From: Candidatus Binatia bacterium
GTDB taxonomy: Bacteria > Desulfobacterota > Binatia > UTPRO1
NCBI GenBank assembly: GCA_036496285.1
Contig: DASXLI010000019.1
Coordinates: 8,244-72,243 of the forward strand
DNA length: 64,000 nucleotides
Reading direction: 5' to 3'
The first letter of the stretch is position 1. Every line of letters begins with the position of its first letter. Below the pieces are notes generated by a model that was not told the origin of the DNA, made no database searches, and saw only the letters and a program-made list of their open reading frames with translations. Positions 1 to 8,806 of the stretch are shown here, one piece after another. A program made the position numbers and the translations under genes.

Positions 1-355
1 TGAAGCCGTCGATGACGACGTCGTGCGTGTTCTCGACGTTGATGCCGTCGGGGGTCGTGCCGTTGTCGGCCGTGATCTGCACCGCGTTGCCGTCGGCAAC
101 GAAGGTGATCGGGTTGCCGGGCGCCCCGGCGCGGTCGAGGTAGAAGCCCTGGTAGCTGCCGTTCTGCACGTGGACGGTGTCCCCGGGGCTCACGACGCCG
201 GCCGCCTGTCCGAGCGTCGCCCAGGCGGTCGCGAGCGTGAGCCCGTCGGCGGCGTCGGAGCCACCGTTCTTCACGAAGAACTCGGTGGCGCGAGCCGGCG
301 CGGCGGCGAGCGCGAGCACCACGCACGCGAGGACGAGACACCCGAGCGGCCGCAT
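1..355 (-). CDS. secreted right-handed beta-helix (PbH1/NosD-like) protein, N-terminal part; gene runs off the left edge
   Basis: Absent from the ORF track because it is truncated. The reverse-strand ATG at 355-353 gives MRPLGCLVLACVVLALAAAPARA (signal peptide). This is followed by TEFFVKNGGSDAADGLTLATAWATLGQAAGVVSPGDTVHVQNGSYQG..GINVENTHDVVIDGF, a typical N-cap plus first coils of beta-helix proteins. It resembles the N-terminus of the 56966-58141 gene. Confidence 0.6.
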   Translation of the reverse strand, partial: MRPLGCLVLACVVLALAAAPARATEFFVKNGGSDAADGLTLATAWATLGQAAGVVSPGDTVHVQNGSYQGFYLDRAGAPGNPITFVADGNAVQITADNGTTPDGINVENTHDVVIDGF

Positions 356-488
356 TGCTAGAGATTTACGGCCGGGCGCGATGCACGGTCAAGCGAGAAT
401 CCTCGATGCGAACGATGCGCCAAAGCGCACGGCACCAGCGAACCCGTTCAGCTCCCAGCGAACCGACCGCCGGGAGGTGGGGAAACGC

Positions 489-1187
489 TCAGGGACAGCC
501 GGCCGGGGGAACCGGGCAGGAAGAGCCGCTCGCGACCTCACGCGATACGAATTTTCCGGGCACGTCCTTGCTGGGCGCGACGAACGTCGCGCACGTCTCC
601 GCGGTGGAGGGCTGACACGAGCCGGGAGCGCCTCCACAATCGGCATCGCTCTGGCAGGCGTTGTCCAGGCTCGCGCTGCAGAGCTTGCCGAATGTGGCCG
701 TGAAGGTCACGACCACGCTCGTCTGCGCCGGCTCGTCGAGCGAGTAATCGATGGGTTCCGTGGGGGCCACCTTCAGCTTGAACGCCGAGCGATTCCCGTT
801 GACGCTCGCAGATCGGACGGGTGTATCGCTCGCCAACCGATCGCTGTAGCGGAATTTGACCGGACGACCCGCGGCGCCACCTGTCCAGCGCGTCGTCGGC
901 AGCGAGTACGCGACGCAGTCGCTGCCGCCGGCACCGTTGAAGATACGCAGGGTGCCCGAGCTCGGATCCGGATTCACGAGAGCGAAGAAGCTGAGGACCG
1001 TGGACACGTCGAGCTTGATCGTGGCGGAACGCTTCGACGGACCGTCGTCGCGCATTGCGATCCTGTTTCCCTTGCCGGGCGCGACGGGGAACGTCAGGTC
1101 ATACGCCTCGCTGACCCGCGAGAGGGCCACCATGAGCAGGGGACGAGAAGAGCTGCCAGGGCCTTGTGATGCATCTCGGGACTCCAA
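489..1187 (-). CDS. Cys-rich hypothetical (probably secreted) protein with an apparently disrupted N-terminus
   Basis: 232-aa track ORF starting at TTG 1187. Residues LLMVALSRVSEA/YDL look like the tail of a signal peptide. The C-terminus is Cys-rich (CQSDADCGGAPGSCQPS..C..CPVPPAGCP). No family recognised. See the frameshift finding. Confidence 0.5.
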   Translation of the reverse strand: MESRDASQGPGSSSRPLLMVALSRVSEAYDLTFPVAPGKGNRIAMRDDGPSKRSATIKLDVSTVLSFFALVNPDPSSGTLRIFNGAGGSDCVAYSLPTTRWTGGAAGRPVKFRYSDRLASDTPVRSASVNGNRSAFKLKVAPTEPIDYSLDEPAQTSVVVTFTATFGKLCSASLDNACQSDADCGGAPGSCQPSTAETCATFVAPSKDVPGKFVSREVASGSSCPVPPAGCP

Positions 1188-1293
1188 TCGCGCCCAATCG
1201 GGGCCGTGAAGTCATCCAAGGGCGCTATCCAGGCCGATACAACCGGGCCGGGAACGTGTCAATGCGCATCGCGTTGGATGGGCTGACTGGTAT

Positions 1294-1305
1294 TGTCCTA
1301 ATTTG
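1294..1305. repeat. left arm of an inverted repeat (TGTCCTAATTTG)
   Basis: Exact reverse complement of 1606-1617. Flanking bases extend the match imperfectly to about 20 nt. It is an AT-rich motif in GC-rich DNA and overlaps the stop codon of the 1298-1564 ORF. Confidence 0.8.
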
Positions 1306-1564
1306 CTGGCCGCCGCATCCACGCACGGACCGCGACCATCGCCCCGCCCAGGACGGCGATCCAGAACGCCGCACTGAGGGCCAGTCGCCAGTAGATGCTG
1401 AGCGGCACGACGCTTCTTGCGCGGAGCGCGGTCAATCCGACGAGAACGAGGAAGAGAAGCCAAGCGATCGGCACCAGGAAGCCGAACAGCGCCCTTGCCC
1501 AAAGCGTTAGCTCGGCGAATCCAGACCAGAGACGCCAGAGCGGGTAGTTGATGCGATCGGGCAT
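1298..1564 (-). CDS. small hydrophobic membrane protein, unknown function
   Basis: Track ORF 1298-1573 starts at TTG; an ATG lies at 1564. The protein has hydrophobic helices (LFGFLVPIAWLLFLVLVGLTAL; LALSAAFWIAVLGGAMVAV). No family recognised. The gene is bracketed by the 12-nt inverted repeat. Confidence 0.4.
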   Translation of the reverse strand: MPDRINYPLWRLWSGFAELTLWARALFGFLVPIAWLLFLVLVGLTALRARSVVPLSIYWRLALSAAFWIAVLGGAMVAVRAWMRRPAN

Positions 1565-1605
1565 CGGCGTCAAGCGACGTTCTAGGCGGAGACGGGTTAC
1601 GCCGT

Positions 1606-1617
1606 CAAATTAGGACA
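1606..1617. repeat. right arm of the inverted repeat (CAAATTAGGACA)
   Basis: Reverse complement of 1294-1305. It lies at the boundary where GC content visibly drops (about 1.57-2.64 kb). Confidence 0.8.
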
Positions 1618-1733
1618 CTACCCGACAGGGGGCCTTACTTAATGGAAGGAGCTTTTTGGCCCGTCTTCCGGTTCGCGCTTGGTTGGCGTAGTGTGGATTT
1701 CAACATTGGTACCAGTAGCGTTGGGGGCTATCC

Positions 1734-2237
1734 GTGTCGAAGGCGATTGCCATCTTGGGCTCTGCGCTATTCTTCGTCGTCGCGCCCTTGGTGCTGGCGG
1801 GGTTCGTCCCATGGTCGATCACACATTGGGAGTTCCTGCCGGCTTTTTTCGGTTTTGAACTGACCCGCGCCATCGGACTTATGTTGATCACTACCGGAGT
1901 GCCCGGAGTTGTGGGTTCGTTCGCGCGGTTTGCACTGCAGGGGCTGGGAACGCCAGCCCCGATCGCGCCGCCACAGAAGCTGGTGGTCACGGGTCTCTAT
2001 CGCTACGTGCGAAATCCGATTTACGTCGGGGTCGCTGCTATCATTTTTGGTCAAGCACTTTTATTCGGCGATTGGCGCCTCCTCTGGTATGCCGCGCTGC
2101 TCTGGCTCTTTTTCCACGTCTTCGTCTTGGTGTACGAAGAACCAACGCTCAAGCAGACATTTGGCGCGCAGTACGAAGACTTTCGGGCCAATGTCCCGCG
2201 CTGGGTTCCACGGCTGACCCCATGGCGAGTCCCGTAA
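1734..2237 (+). CDS. isoprenylcysteine carboxyl methyltransferase (ICMT)/phospholipid methyltransferase family membrane protein
   Basis: 167 aa with a GTG start. Multi-TM protein with LVVTGLYRYVRNPIYVG....EEPTLKQTFGAQYEDF, the characteristic ICMT/PEMT C-terminal motif. Third-position GC is visibly lower than in neighbouring genes. Confidence 0.8.
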   Translation: MSKAIAILGSALFFVVAPLVLAGFVPWSITHWEFLPAFFGFELTRAIGLMLITTGVPGVVGSFARFALQGLGTPAPIAPPQKLVVTGLYRYVRNPIYVGVAAIIFGQALLFGDWRLLWYAALLWLFFHVFVLVYEEPTLKQTFGAQYEDFRANVPRWVPRLTPWRVP

Positions 2238-2247
2238 CGCGAGCATC

Positions 2248-2400
2248 ATGACGACGGGCACTGTCTTCGCTAAGGTCCAAGCGCGCCTCTCCTCCCTGAT
2301 CAGGTGCAGCAGCTGCGGCGGCGCCATGCACGGCTACCGAAAGGCAAGACAACGAGGTTGCCGTCGACCAGAGCTTGTTTGCCACAAAGTCAGCGGCTGA
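2248..2400 (+). pseudogene. possible remnant of a large serine recombinase (zinc-ribbon segment only)
   Basis: A 50-codon ORF reads MTTGTVFAKVQARLSSLIRCSSCGGAMHGYRKARQRGCRRPELVCHKVSG. The pattern L(I/L)xCxxCGxxMxG....C resembles the recombinase zinc beta-ribbon. No catalytic domain lies upstream, because the ICMT gene ends at 2237. It sits in lower-GC DNA. Confidence 0.3.
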
Positions 2401-2685
2401 TTTCAAGTGTGACACGGGCAGTGCCACTAAACCCGAGGGCATGCCCCCCAGTCGGCGTAAGGTCTATTATCCGACCGCGCACGAACGGGCCACGTCGGTA
2501 GGAAGCACGAACCGCGTGGTTGACGTAACCGGATCTTATCGGACGTCTGCCGTCCTCCGTCCTCTCAATCACGGGGGAGATGGCGAAGGCGCTTACCTGA
2601 CGAGCGCCGGACCGCTATGAGCGGTCATTCTGCAACACGTAGTTTCGGGCCTGGCCGGCGTGATTGGCCCGAGGAGGAGTGAAAG

Positions 2686-4314
2686 ATGCTTGACGAGCAG
2701 GAGAAGCCGACGGCAACCCGGCAGCGGCCGAGTGGCGACTTCGATGCGGTGATCGTCGGCGCCGGGTTCGCCGGGCTGTGCATGCTGCATCGTCTCCGCC
2801 GGCTCGGGTTCTCGGCACGGGTCTTCGAGGCGGGTAGCGGCGTCGGCGGCACGTGGTTCTGGAACCGCTACCCGGGCGCGCGCTGCGACGTCGAGAGCAT
2901 GGAGTACTCGTACCAGTTCTCCGCAGAGCTCCAGCAGGAATGGGAGTGGACCGAACGCTACGCGTCTCAGCCAGAGATCTTGCGCTATCTCAACCACGTC
3001 GCCGACCGCTTCGACCTCCGCCGGGACGTCCAGCTCAATACACGCGTGCAGTCGGCGGTGTTCGACGAGGCCGCGCGTCGATGGCGAATCGAGACCGACG
3101 ACGGTGGTCGGGTGTCGGCGCGGTTTTGCATCATGGCGACGGGCTGCCTGTCGTCGACCAATACGCCGCGATTCAAAGGTCTCGACTCCTTTGCTGGCCT
3201 GACGGTGCACACCGGCCGCTGGCCGCACGAGGGCGTCGACTTTGCCGGCACGCGGGTCGGTGTCATCGGCACGGGCTCTTCCGGCATCCAGGTCATCCCG
3301 CTGATTGCGGCGGAGGCGGCGCATCTCTTCGTGTTCCAGCGGACCCCGAACTACTCGGTGCCGGCGCGCAATCACCCGCTCGACACGAGCACGCAGCGGC
3401 AGGTCAAAGCGGACTATTCCGGCCTCCGGCAGCGCGGCGGCCAGATGCCGTTCGGCTTCGACACGCGATCCAGCGAGAAGTCCGCGCTCGACGTGACAGA
3501 CCAAGAGCGGCGGGCCGAGTACGAGGATCGCTGGGCACAGGGCGGTCTGCCGTTTCTCGGCGCGTTCGCGGACATGCTGTTCAGCCAGGAGGCCAACGAC
3601 ACCGCGGCCGAGTTCATCCGCGGGAAGATCCGCGAGATCGTGCGCGATCCAGGAATCGCCGACATGCTGTCCCCGCGGACGGTTGTCGGTTGCAAGCGCC
3701 TCTGCAGCGACACCGACTACTACGCGACCTTCAACCGGCCGAACGTCACCCTCGTCGACCTGCGGAGCTCGCCCATCGAGGAGATTGTCGCGCACGGTCT
3801 CAGGACCAAGGACCGGGAGTACACGCTCGACTGCATCGTGTTCGCCACCGGGTTCGATGCCATGACCGGAGCCCTCACGCGGATCCACATCCGCGGCGCC
3901 GGCGGCATCACACTCGAGCAGAAGTGGGCCGAGGGTCCACGCACCTATCTTGGCATCGCCACGGCCGGCTTCCCGAACCTGTTCATCATTGCTGGTCCCG
4001 GCAGCCCGTCGGTGTTGTCCAACATGGTCCCGTCGATCGAGCAGCACGTCAACTGGATCTCCGCCTGCATCGACTATATGCGCGAGCACGAGCTCGAAAG
4101 CATCGAGCCGATCGTCACCGCGGAGAACGCGTGGGTGTCACACGTCAACGAGGTGGCGGACGGGACGCTCTATCCCTCGTGCAACTCGTGGTATCTCGGG
4201 GCGAACATCCCGGGAAAGCCGCGCGTCTTCATGCCGTACCTCGGCTTCCCGGCCTACGTGCAGAAATGCGAAGAGATCGTGGCGAACGGCTACGAGGGAT
4301 TCGCGTTGGCGTGA
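2686..4314 (+). CDS. type I Baeyer-Villiger (flavin-dependent) monooxygenase
   Basis: 542 aa. It has a GxGxxG FAD motif (VIVGAGFAGL), GGTWFWNRYPGARCD, the BVMO fingerprint FAGLTVHTGRWP and a second Rossmann motif, VGVIGTGSSG. A GAGGAGG RBS precedes the ATG. Confidence 0.9.
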   Translation: MLDEQEKPTATRQRPSGDFDAVIVGAGFAGLCMLHRLRRLGFSARVFEAGSGVGGTWFWNRYPGARCDVESMEYSYQFSAELQQEWEWTERYASQPEILRYLNHVADRFDLRRDVQLNTRVQSAVFDEAARRWRIETDDGGRVSARFCIMATGCLSSTNTPRFKGLDSFAGLTVHTGRWPHEGVDFAGTRVGVIGTGSSGIQVIPLIAAEAAHLFVFQRTPNYSVPARNHPLDTSTQRQVKADYSGLRQRGGQMPFGFDTRSSEKSALDVTDQERRAEYEDRWAQGGLPFLGAFADMLFSQEANDTAAEFIRGKIREIVRDPGIADMLSPRTVVGCKRLCSDTDYYATFNRPNVTLVDLRSSPIEEIVAHGLRTKDREYTLDCIVFATGFDAMTGALTRIHIRGAGGITLEQKWAEGPRTYLGIATAGFPNLFIIAGPGSPSVLSNMVPSIEQHVNWISACIDYMREHELESIEPIVTAENAWVSHVNEVADGTLYPSCNSWYLGANIPGKPRVFMPYLGFPAYVQKCEEIVANGYEGFALA

Positions 4315-4373
4315 CCGGGTCCGACGCATTCTCCCGTACCGTGGCCGGCGCACGGACACCTGAAGGAGCCGAC

Positions 4374-4721
4374 ATGGACCAGCCGAAGATTCGCGTCGTC
4401 GATCGGGCCGAGTGGAACGCACGACAACACCATCGGGATCCAGTCTTCGCCCGAGACGGGTGGCGCTGCGCCGTCCCCGGATGCAGCGCCCGGCGCAACT
4501 TGCACGACCATCACATCGTCTTCCGCTCACACTGCGGCGGCAACGCGCGCGACAATCGGGTCGCCATCTGCGCGGCACACCACCAGCACGGTCTCCATGG
4601 CGGCGGGTACGTGCGCGCCTGGGGAGAGGCTCCCAGCGCGGTACACTGGGCGCTCGGGGTCCGCCGGGGTGCGTCGCCGTTGTTGACGCTGATCGGCGAT
4701 CGCTACGTCGGCAACGGCTGA
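4374..4721 (+). CDS. stand-alone HNH endonuclease domain protein
   Basis: These are the last 115 codons of track ORF 2853-4721. The ATG at 4374 is preceded by GAAGGAG. The sequence DGWRCAVPGCSARRNLHDHHIVFRSHCGGNARDNRVAICAAHHQHGLH matches the HNH (CxxC...HH...N...C..HH) layout. Confidence 0.75.
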   Translation: MDQPKIRVVDRAEWNARQHHRDPVFARDGWRCAVPGCSARRNLHDHHIVFRSHCGGNARDNRVAICAAHHQHGLHGGGYVRAWGEAPSAVHWALGVRRGASPLLTLIGDRYVGNG

Positions 4722-4754
4722 GGAGGAGATCGAATGCCGACGTTGAGCTAGATG

Positions 4755-5534
4755 CTACCGGCCCTTCCATTGCGGCTTGCGCTTCTGCGTGAACGCGACG
4801 ACGCCCTCCATCATGTCCTCGGACTGGAAGAGCGAGCCGATCAAGGGATAGCTGCGCGCCATCGCGTCGTTGAGCGGCATGCCGAGGCCGTCCATCGCGG
4901 CCTGCTTGGTGGCGCGCACCGAGGTCGGCGAGCACTCGAGGATCGTGTCTGCGAGGCGCGCGGCCGCGGCGCGGAGATCGGCGGCGGGCACCACCTCGTT
5001 CACGAGGCCGAGCGTACGCGCCTCCGCCGCCGTGACCTGCTTGCCGGTGAGCATCATGCCCATCGCGAGCTTCAGCGGGATCTGCCGCGGCAGGCGGTGC
5101 ACGCCGCCGGCGAGGGCGGCGAGGCCGACGCGCGGCTCGGGAAGACCGAAGCGCGCGTGCTCGGCGGCGACGATCAGGTCGCACGCGAGCGCCAGCTCGA
5201 AGCCGCCGCCGAGGGCAAAACCGTTCACGGCAGCGATCGTCGGCTTCGCGAGGTCGAAGCGCGCGGTGATGCCGCCGAAGCCGCCGCTGCCGAGCGTGAT
5301 GCCCTTCGTGCCGTGCTCCGCGGTGTACTTGAGGTCGTTGCCGGCGGAGAACGCCTTCTCACCCGCGCCGGTCAGGATCGCGATCCAGCACTCGGGATCG
5401 GCGGCGAAGTCGTCCCAGGCGGCCGACAGCTCGAGGTTGGCCGGTGGATGGAGCGCGTTCATGACGTCCGGGCGGTTGATCGTGATCCACGCCACCCGCT
5501 CCTTCTTCTCGTAGCTGATGAACTCGTAGGCCAT
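4755..5534 (-). CDS. enoyl-CoA hydratase/isomerase (crotonase) family protein
   Basis: The real start, MAYEFISYEKKERVAWITINRPDVMNAL, lies inside the longer track ORF and has an AGGAG RBS. Crotonase motifs present: FSAGNDL, AAVNGFALGGGFELALACD, FGLPEPRVGL. Confidence 0.9.
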   Translation of the reverse strand: MAYEFISYEKKERVAWITINRPDVMNALHPPANLELSAAWDDFAADPECWIAILTGAGEKAFSAGNDLKYTAEHGTKGITLGSGGFGGITARFDLAKPTIAAVNGFALGGGFELALACDLIVAAEHARFGLPEPRVGLAALAGGVHRLPRQIPLKLAMGMMLTGKQVTAAEARTLGLVNEVVPAADLRAAAARLADTILECSPTSVRATKQAAMDGLGMPLNDAMARSYPLIGSLFQSEDMMEGVVAFTQKRKPQWKGR

Positions 5535-5545
5535 CGGGATCTCCT

Positions 5546-6013
5546 TTAGACGTCGAGCAGCACGATCGCGCCCGTGACCGCGCCGCCCTCGATCCGCAGG
5601 CGCGCCGTCGCGATCGGGAGGCTGAAGCGGCGCGGACCGGCGCTGCCGGGGTTGACGAAGAGTACGCCGTCGCGGGTCTCGATGCGAGGACGGTGCGAGT
5701 GGCCCGAGATCACCGCCCGCACACCCTCCGCCGCGGGGTCGATCGCCAGCTCCTGGCGGTCGTGCAGGACGTACAGGTGGGCCGCGCCGACGTCGAGCAC
5801 GGCCGTCTCCGGCAGCGCGTCGGCCCACGGCGCGCGGTCGTTGTTGCCGCGCACCGCCGTGACCGGGGCGATGCGGCGCAGCGCCTCCAGGACCTCGGGC
5901 GCGCCGACGTCGCCGGCATGGATGATCGCGTCGACCCCGGCGAGCGCGGCCAGCGCCTGTGGCCGCACGAGGCCGTGCGTGTCCGAGATCACGCCGACGG
6001 TATGGACGCTCAC
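5546..6013 (-). CDS. YfcE/MJ0936-type metallophosphoesterase
   Basis: Motifs seen: GVISDTHG, HAGD, VRGNND, ISGHSH. The GTG start overlaps the fabF stop (GTGA at 6010-6013). The start is uncertain by a few codons. Confidence 0.85.
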   Translation of the reverse strand: MSVHTVGVISDTHGLVRPQALAALAGVDAIIHAGDVGAPEVLEALRRIAPVTAVRGNNDRAPWADALPETAVLDVGAAHLYVLHDRQELAIDPAAEGVRAVISGHSHRPRIETRDGVLFVNPGSAGPRRFSLPIATARLRIEGGAVTGAIVLLDV

Positions 6014-7287
6014 CCGTCCCAGCGGCGGAACGCGAGGCACACGTTGGCGCCCCCGAAGCCGAACGAGTTCGAGAGCGCGACGCGCGGCGACGCCGAGCGC
6101 GCGACGTTCGGCACGTAGTCGAGATCGCAGGCGGGATCGGGCTCTTCGTAGTTGATCGTCGGCGGCAGGATACCGCGCACCAGGGTGAGGACCGTGTACA
6201 CCGCCTCGATGCCGCCGGCCGCGCCAAGCGTGTGGCCCGTCATCGACTTCGTCGAGCTGACGGCGAGGCGCGCGGCGTGCTCGCCGAACACGCGCTTCAA
6301 CGCCTCGCTCTCGCTGGCGTCGTTGTACTGCGTCGACGTGCCGTGCGCGTTCACGTAGTCCACGTCCGTCGGCACGAGGCCGCCGTCGGCCAACGTCTGG
6401 CGGATGCAGCGCATTGCGCCCTCGCCGCCGGGCGCGGGCGCCGTGATGTGGAACGCGTCCTCGTTCGTGCCGTAGCCGACGACCTCCGCGAGGATCGGCG
6501 CGCCGCGCGCCTGCGCGTGTTCGAGCGCCTCCATCACGACCACTCCGGAGCCCTCGGCGATGACGAAGCCGTCGCGGCCCTTGTCGAACGGCCGGCTGGC
6601 GCGCTCGGGCTCGTCGTTGCGCGTCGAGAGCGCGCGCATCGCGATGAAGCCGCCGATGCCGAGGCCGCAGAGGGCCGCCTCCGTCCCGCCGGCGACGATC
6701 ACGTCCTGGTAGCCGTGGCGAATGTGGCGCAGCGCCTCGCCGATCGCGTTGCCGCCCGATGCGCAGGCGCTCGTCGGCGTGAAGTTGACGCCCTTGGCAC
6801 CGAGGTGGATCGCGATCTGCCCGGGCGCGAGGTTGGCGATCACCTTCGAAATGAAGAACGGCGACACCTTCCGCAACCGGCTCTCGAGGAAGAGCATATG
6901 GAACTGCTCGATGCTGGAGATGCCGCCCATCCCGACACCGATGATCACGCCGACGCGGTCCTCGTTGTCGGTCGAGATCTTGAGGCCCGACGAGGCGATG
7001 GCCATCTGCGCGGCGCCCATCGCGTACTGCGTGAACGGATCCATCTTCTTGATGTCGCGCCGCTCGATGAACTCCGCGGGCACGAAGTCGCGCACCTCGC
7101 CGGCGATGCGCGAGGGGAAGTCGGAGGCCGGGAAGCGCGTGATCGGGCCGATGCCGGAACGGCCGGCAATCAGCGCCGACCAGTTCTTCTCGACCCCGGT
7201 GCCGAGGGGCGTGACGAGCCCGATCCCCGTCACCACGACCCGACGACGGAGACCGTTCTGCGCGTCGTTTCCCACGAAGCACGGCAT
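6010..7287 (-). CDS. fabF: beta-ketoacyl-ACP synthase II
   Basis: 425 aa from MPCFVGNDAQNGLRRRVVVTGIGLVTPLG. Active-site context SACASG, then HGTSTQYND and TGHTLGAAG, with the C-terminal FGFGGAN. Confidence 0.9.
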   Translation of the reverse strand: MPCFVGNDAQNGLRRRVVVTGIGLVTPLGTGVEKNWSALIAGRSGIGPITRFPASDFPSRIAGEVRDFVPAEFIERRDIKKMDPFTQYAMGAAQMAIASSGLKISTDNEDRVGVIIGVGMGGISSIEQFHMLFLESRLRKVSPFFISKVIANLAPGQIAIHLGAKGVNFTPTSACASGGNAIGEALRHIRHGYQDVIVAGGTEAALCGLGIGGFIAMRALSTRNDEPERASRPFDKGRDGFVIAEGSGVVVMEALEHAQARGAPILAEVVGYGTNEDAFHITAPAPGGEGAMRCIRQTLADGGLVPTDVDYVNAHGTSTQYNDASESEALKRVFGEHAARLAVSSTKSMTGHTLGAAGGIEAVYTVLTLVRGILPPTINYEEPDPACDLDYVPNVARSASPRVALSNSFGFGGANVCLAFRRWDG

Positions 7288-7390
7288 GCTAGGAAGGCGA
7301 CCCGAAGGAGTCAAGGTGACGCGGCGAGTTGCGATATCGCGTGACAACCACGCGTTGTCGCGGCCGGCGTCGCCCCCATAGAGTAGCGCC

Positions 7391-7960
7391 GTGGGCGACA
7401 CGCCGACGACCATCGGGGGCTGCGCCATCGTGCTCGCGGAAGGGGATCTCACGGCCGCCGCCGTCGACGCGATCGTGAACGCGGCGAACCACACGCTGCT
7501 CGGCGGCGGCGGGGTGGACGGTGCGATCCATCGCGCCGGCGGCGCGGCCGTGACCGACGCGTGCCGCCGCCTGCGCGCCAGCGAGTGGCGCGACGGCCTG
7601 CCCACGGGCGAGGCCGTGATCACGACCGGCGGCAACCTGCCCGCACGCCACGTCATCCATACCGTCGGTCCGGTCTACAGCGGCAACCCGAAGGTGCCGG
7701 CGCTCCTCGCGGCGTGCCACGACAACAGCCTCGCGCTCGCGCGCCGCCATGGACTCCGCACGATCGCGTTCCCCGCCATCTCGACCGGCGTCTACGGCTA
7801 TCCGCTCGACGAGGCGGCGCCGATCGCCCTCGGCACGACCACGGCGGCGCTCGCGCGCCACCCGGGCGCGCTCGGCGAGGTGCGTTTCGTGCTCTTCGAC
7901 CGGCGCGCCTACGAGGCGTTCCGCGCCGCGCTCGCCGCGCTAGCGCCCGTCGCCGGCTGA
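7391..7960 (+). CDS. macro domain protein (YmdB-like O-acetyl-ADP-ribose deacetylase family)
   Basis: Contains VNAANHTLLGGGGVDGAIHRAGG, IHTVGP and AFPAISTGVYGYP. GTG start. Confidence 0.85.
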   Translation: MGDTPTTIGGCAIVLAEGDLTAAAVDAIVNAANHTLLGGGGVDGAIHRAGGAAVTDACRRLRASEWRDGLPTGEAVITTGGNLPARHVIHTVGPVYSGNPKVPALLAACHDNSLALARRHGLRTIAFPAISTGVYGYPLDEAAPIALGTTTAALARHPGALGEVRFVLFDRRAYEAFRAALAALAPVAG

Positions 7961-8806
7961 GCCGGCAGCGCCGGCATCGCGGCACGCACCGTCCCACAGC
8001 GCCGCGGTGAGCGCGGCGGCGGCGCCGAGGCGCGCCGCGAGGAGGGCGTGCAGGTCGGCGTCGAGCCGGCGGTAGTAGAGCGCGGAGCTGACCCGGGTCG
8101 CGCGCCGCGCCGCGCGGTCGGCCGCGAGCACCGGCCCGACGGCGTCGTACGACGCCGCGAGCGCGCCGAAGAGCGCGGCGGACGCCTCGTCGGGCGGGAT
8201 CGGCCGGGCGCGGCCCATCCGGCTCGCGGCGCGCGCGAAGCCCGCCAACCGCTGGTCGACGAGGCGCGCCTCGATGCGCTGGTGGAGGCCGCGCTGACCC
8301 GAGCGCTGCCCGTCGTAGTTGGCGGTCGCGTGGAGGGGCATCGTCGCGTCGCCGGCATAGTGCGCGAGGTAGCCAGCCGTGCGCCGGGCGTCGCTCCAGT
8401 CGCCGCGTGCGATCGCCGCCGCGAGCGCGCGCGCCAGCCGCGCGCCGTGCCACGGCAGGACGCCATTCCGTTCGATCGTCGCGCGGCCGAAGCGCCGCAG
8501 CGCCGTCGCCTCGTCGCGCGGCAGCGCGCCGAACGGCCGCGTGCCGTAGGCGTCGAGGTCGAGGAAGTGGTGCGTCTCCTCCGCGACACCGTCGCGCGGC
8601 TTCAGCACGGTGTCGGGCTGGAGCGCGAGCCCGGCGATCTCGCGCTCGTGGCCGTCGACCAGCATGCGGCAGCGGGTGAGCGCCGCGGCGCGGAAGGCGA
8701 TCCAGCGATGGGCCTCGAGCCCCCAGGCCGCGGCCGGGCGCGGGACGCCGAGACAGCAGAGGACGATCGCGCCCAGAGCCCGGTGGCACCGCCGACGATC
8801 GCTCAT
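7940..8806 (-). CDS. zinc-dependent phospholipase C / S1-P1 nuclease superfamily protein (exported)
   Basis: A signal-like N-terminus (ALGAIVLCCLGVPRPAAA) is followed by WGLEAHRWIA, with Trp as the mature N-terminus and His as in P1 nuclease/PLC. It also has HYAGDATMPLHATANYDG. The ATG overlaps the ecfT stop (ATGA at 8803-8806). Confidence 0.6.
   Translation of the reverse strand: MSDRRRCHRALGAIVLCCLGVPRPAAAWGLEAHRWIAFRAAALTRCRMLVDGHEREIAGLALQPDTVLKPRDGVAEETHHFLDLDAYGTRPFGALPRDEATALRRFGRATIERNGVLPWHGARLARALAAAIARGDWSDARRTAGYLAHYAGDATMPLHATANYDGQRSGQRGLHQRIEARLVDQRLAGFARAASRMGRARPIPPDEASAALFGALAASYDAVGPVLAADRAARRATRVSSALYYRRLDADLHALLAARLGAAAALTAALWDGACRDAGAAGSAGDGR

Noticed and set aside
2593-4089. 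498-aa ORF antisense to the Baeyer-Villiger monooxygenase gene
   Set aside because: It gives an Arg/Ala/Gly-rich low-information translation opposite a gene with unmistakable BVMO motifs. This is a typical stop-codon-poor antisense frame in high-GC DNA.
2853-4721. 622-aa plus-strand ORF overlapping the BVMO gene out of frame
   Set aside because: Only the last 115 codons (from ATG 4374, with its own RBS) encode a recognisable domain (HNH). The upstream part is an Arg/Pro-rich artefact overlapping the BVMO frame.
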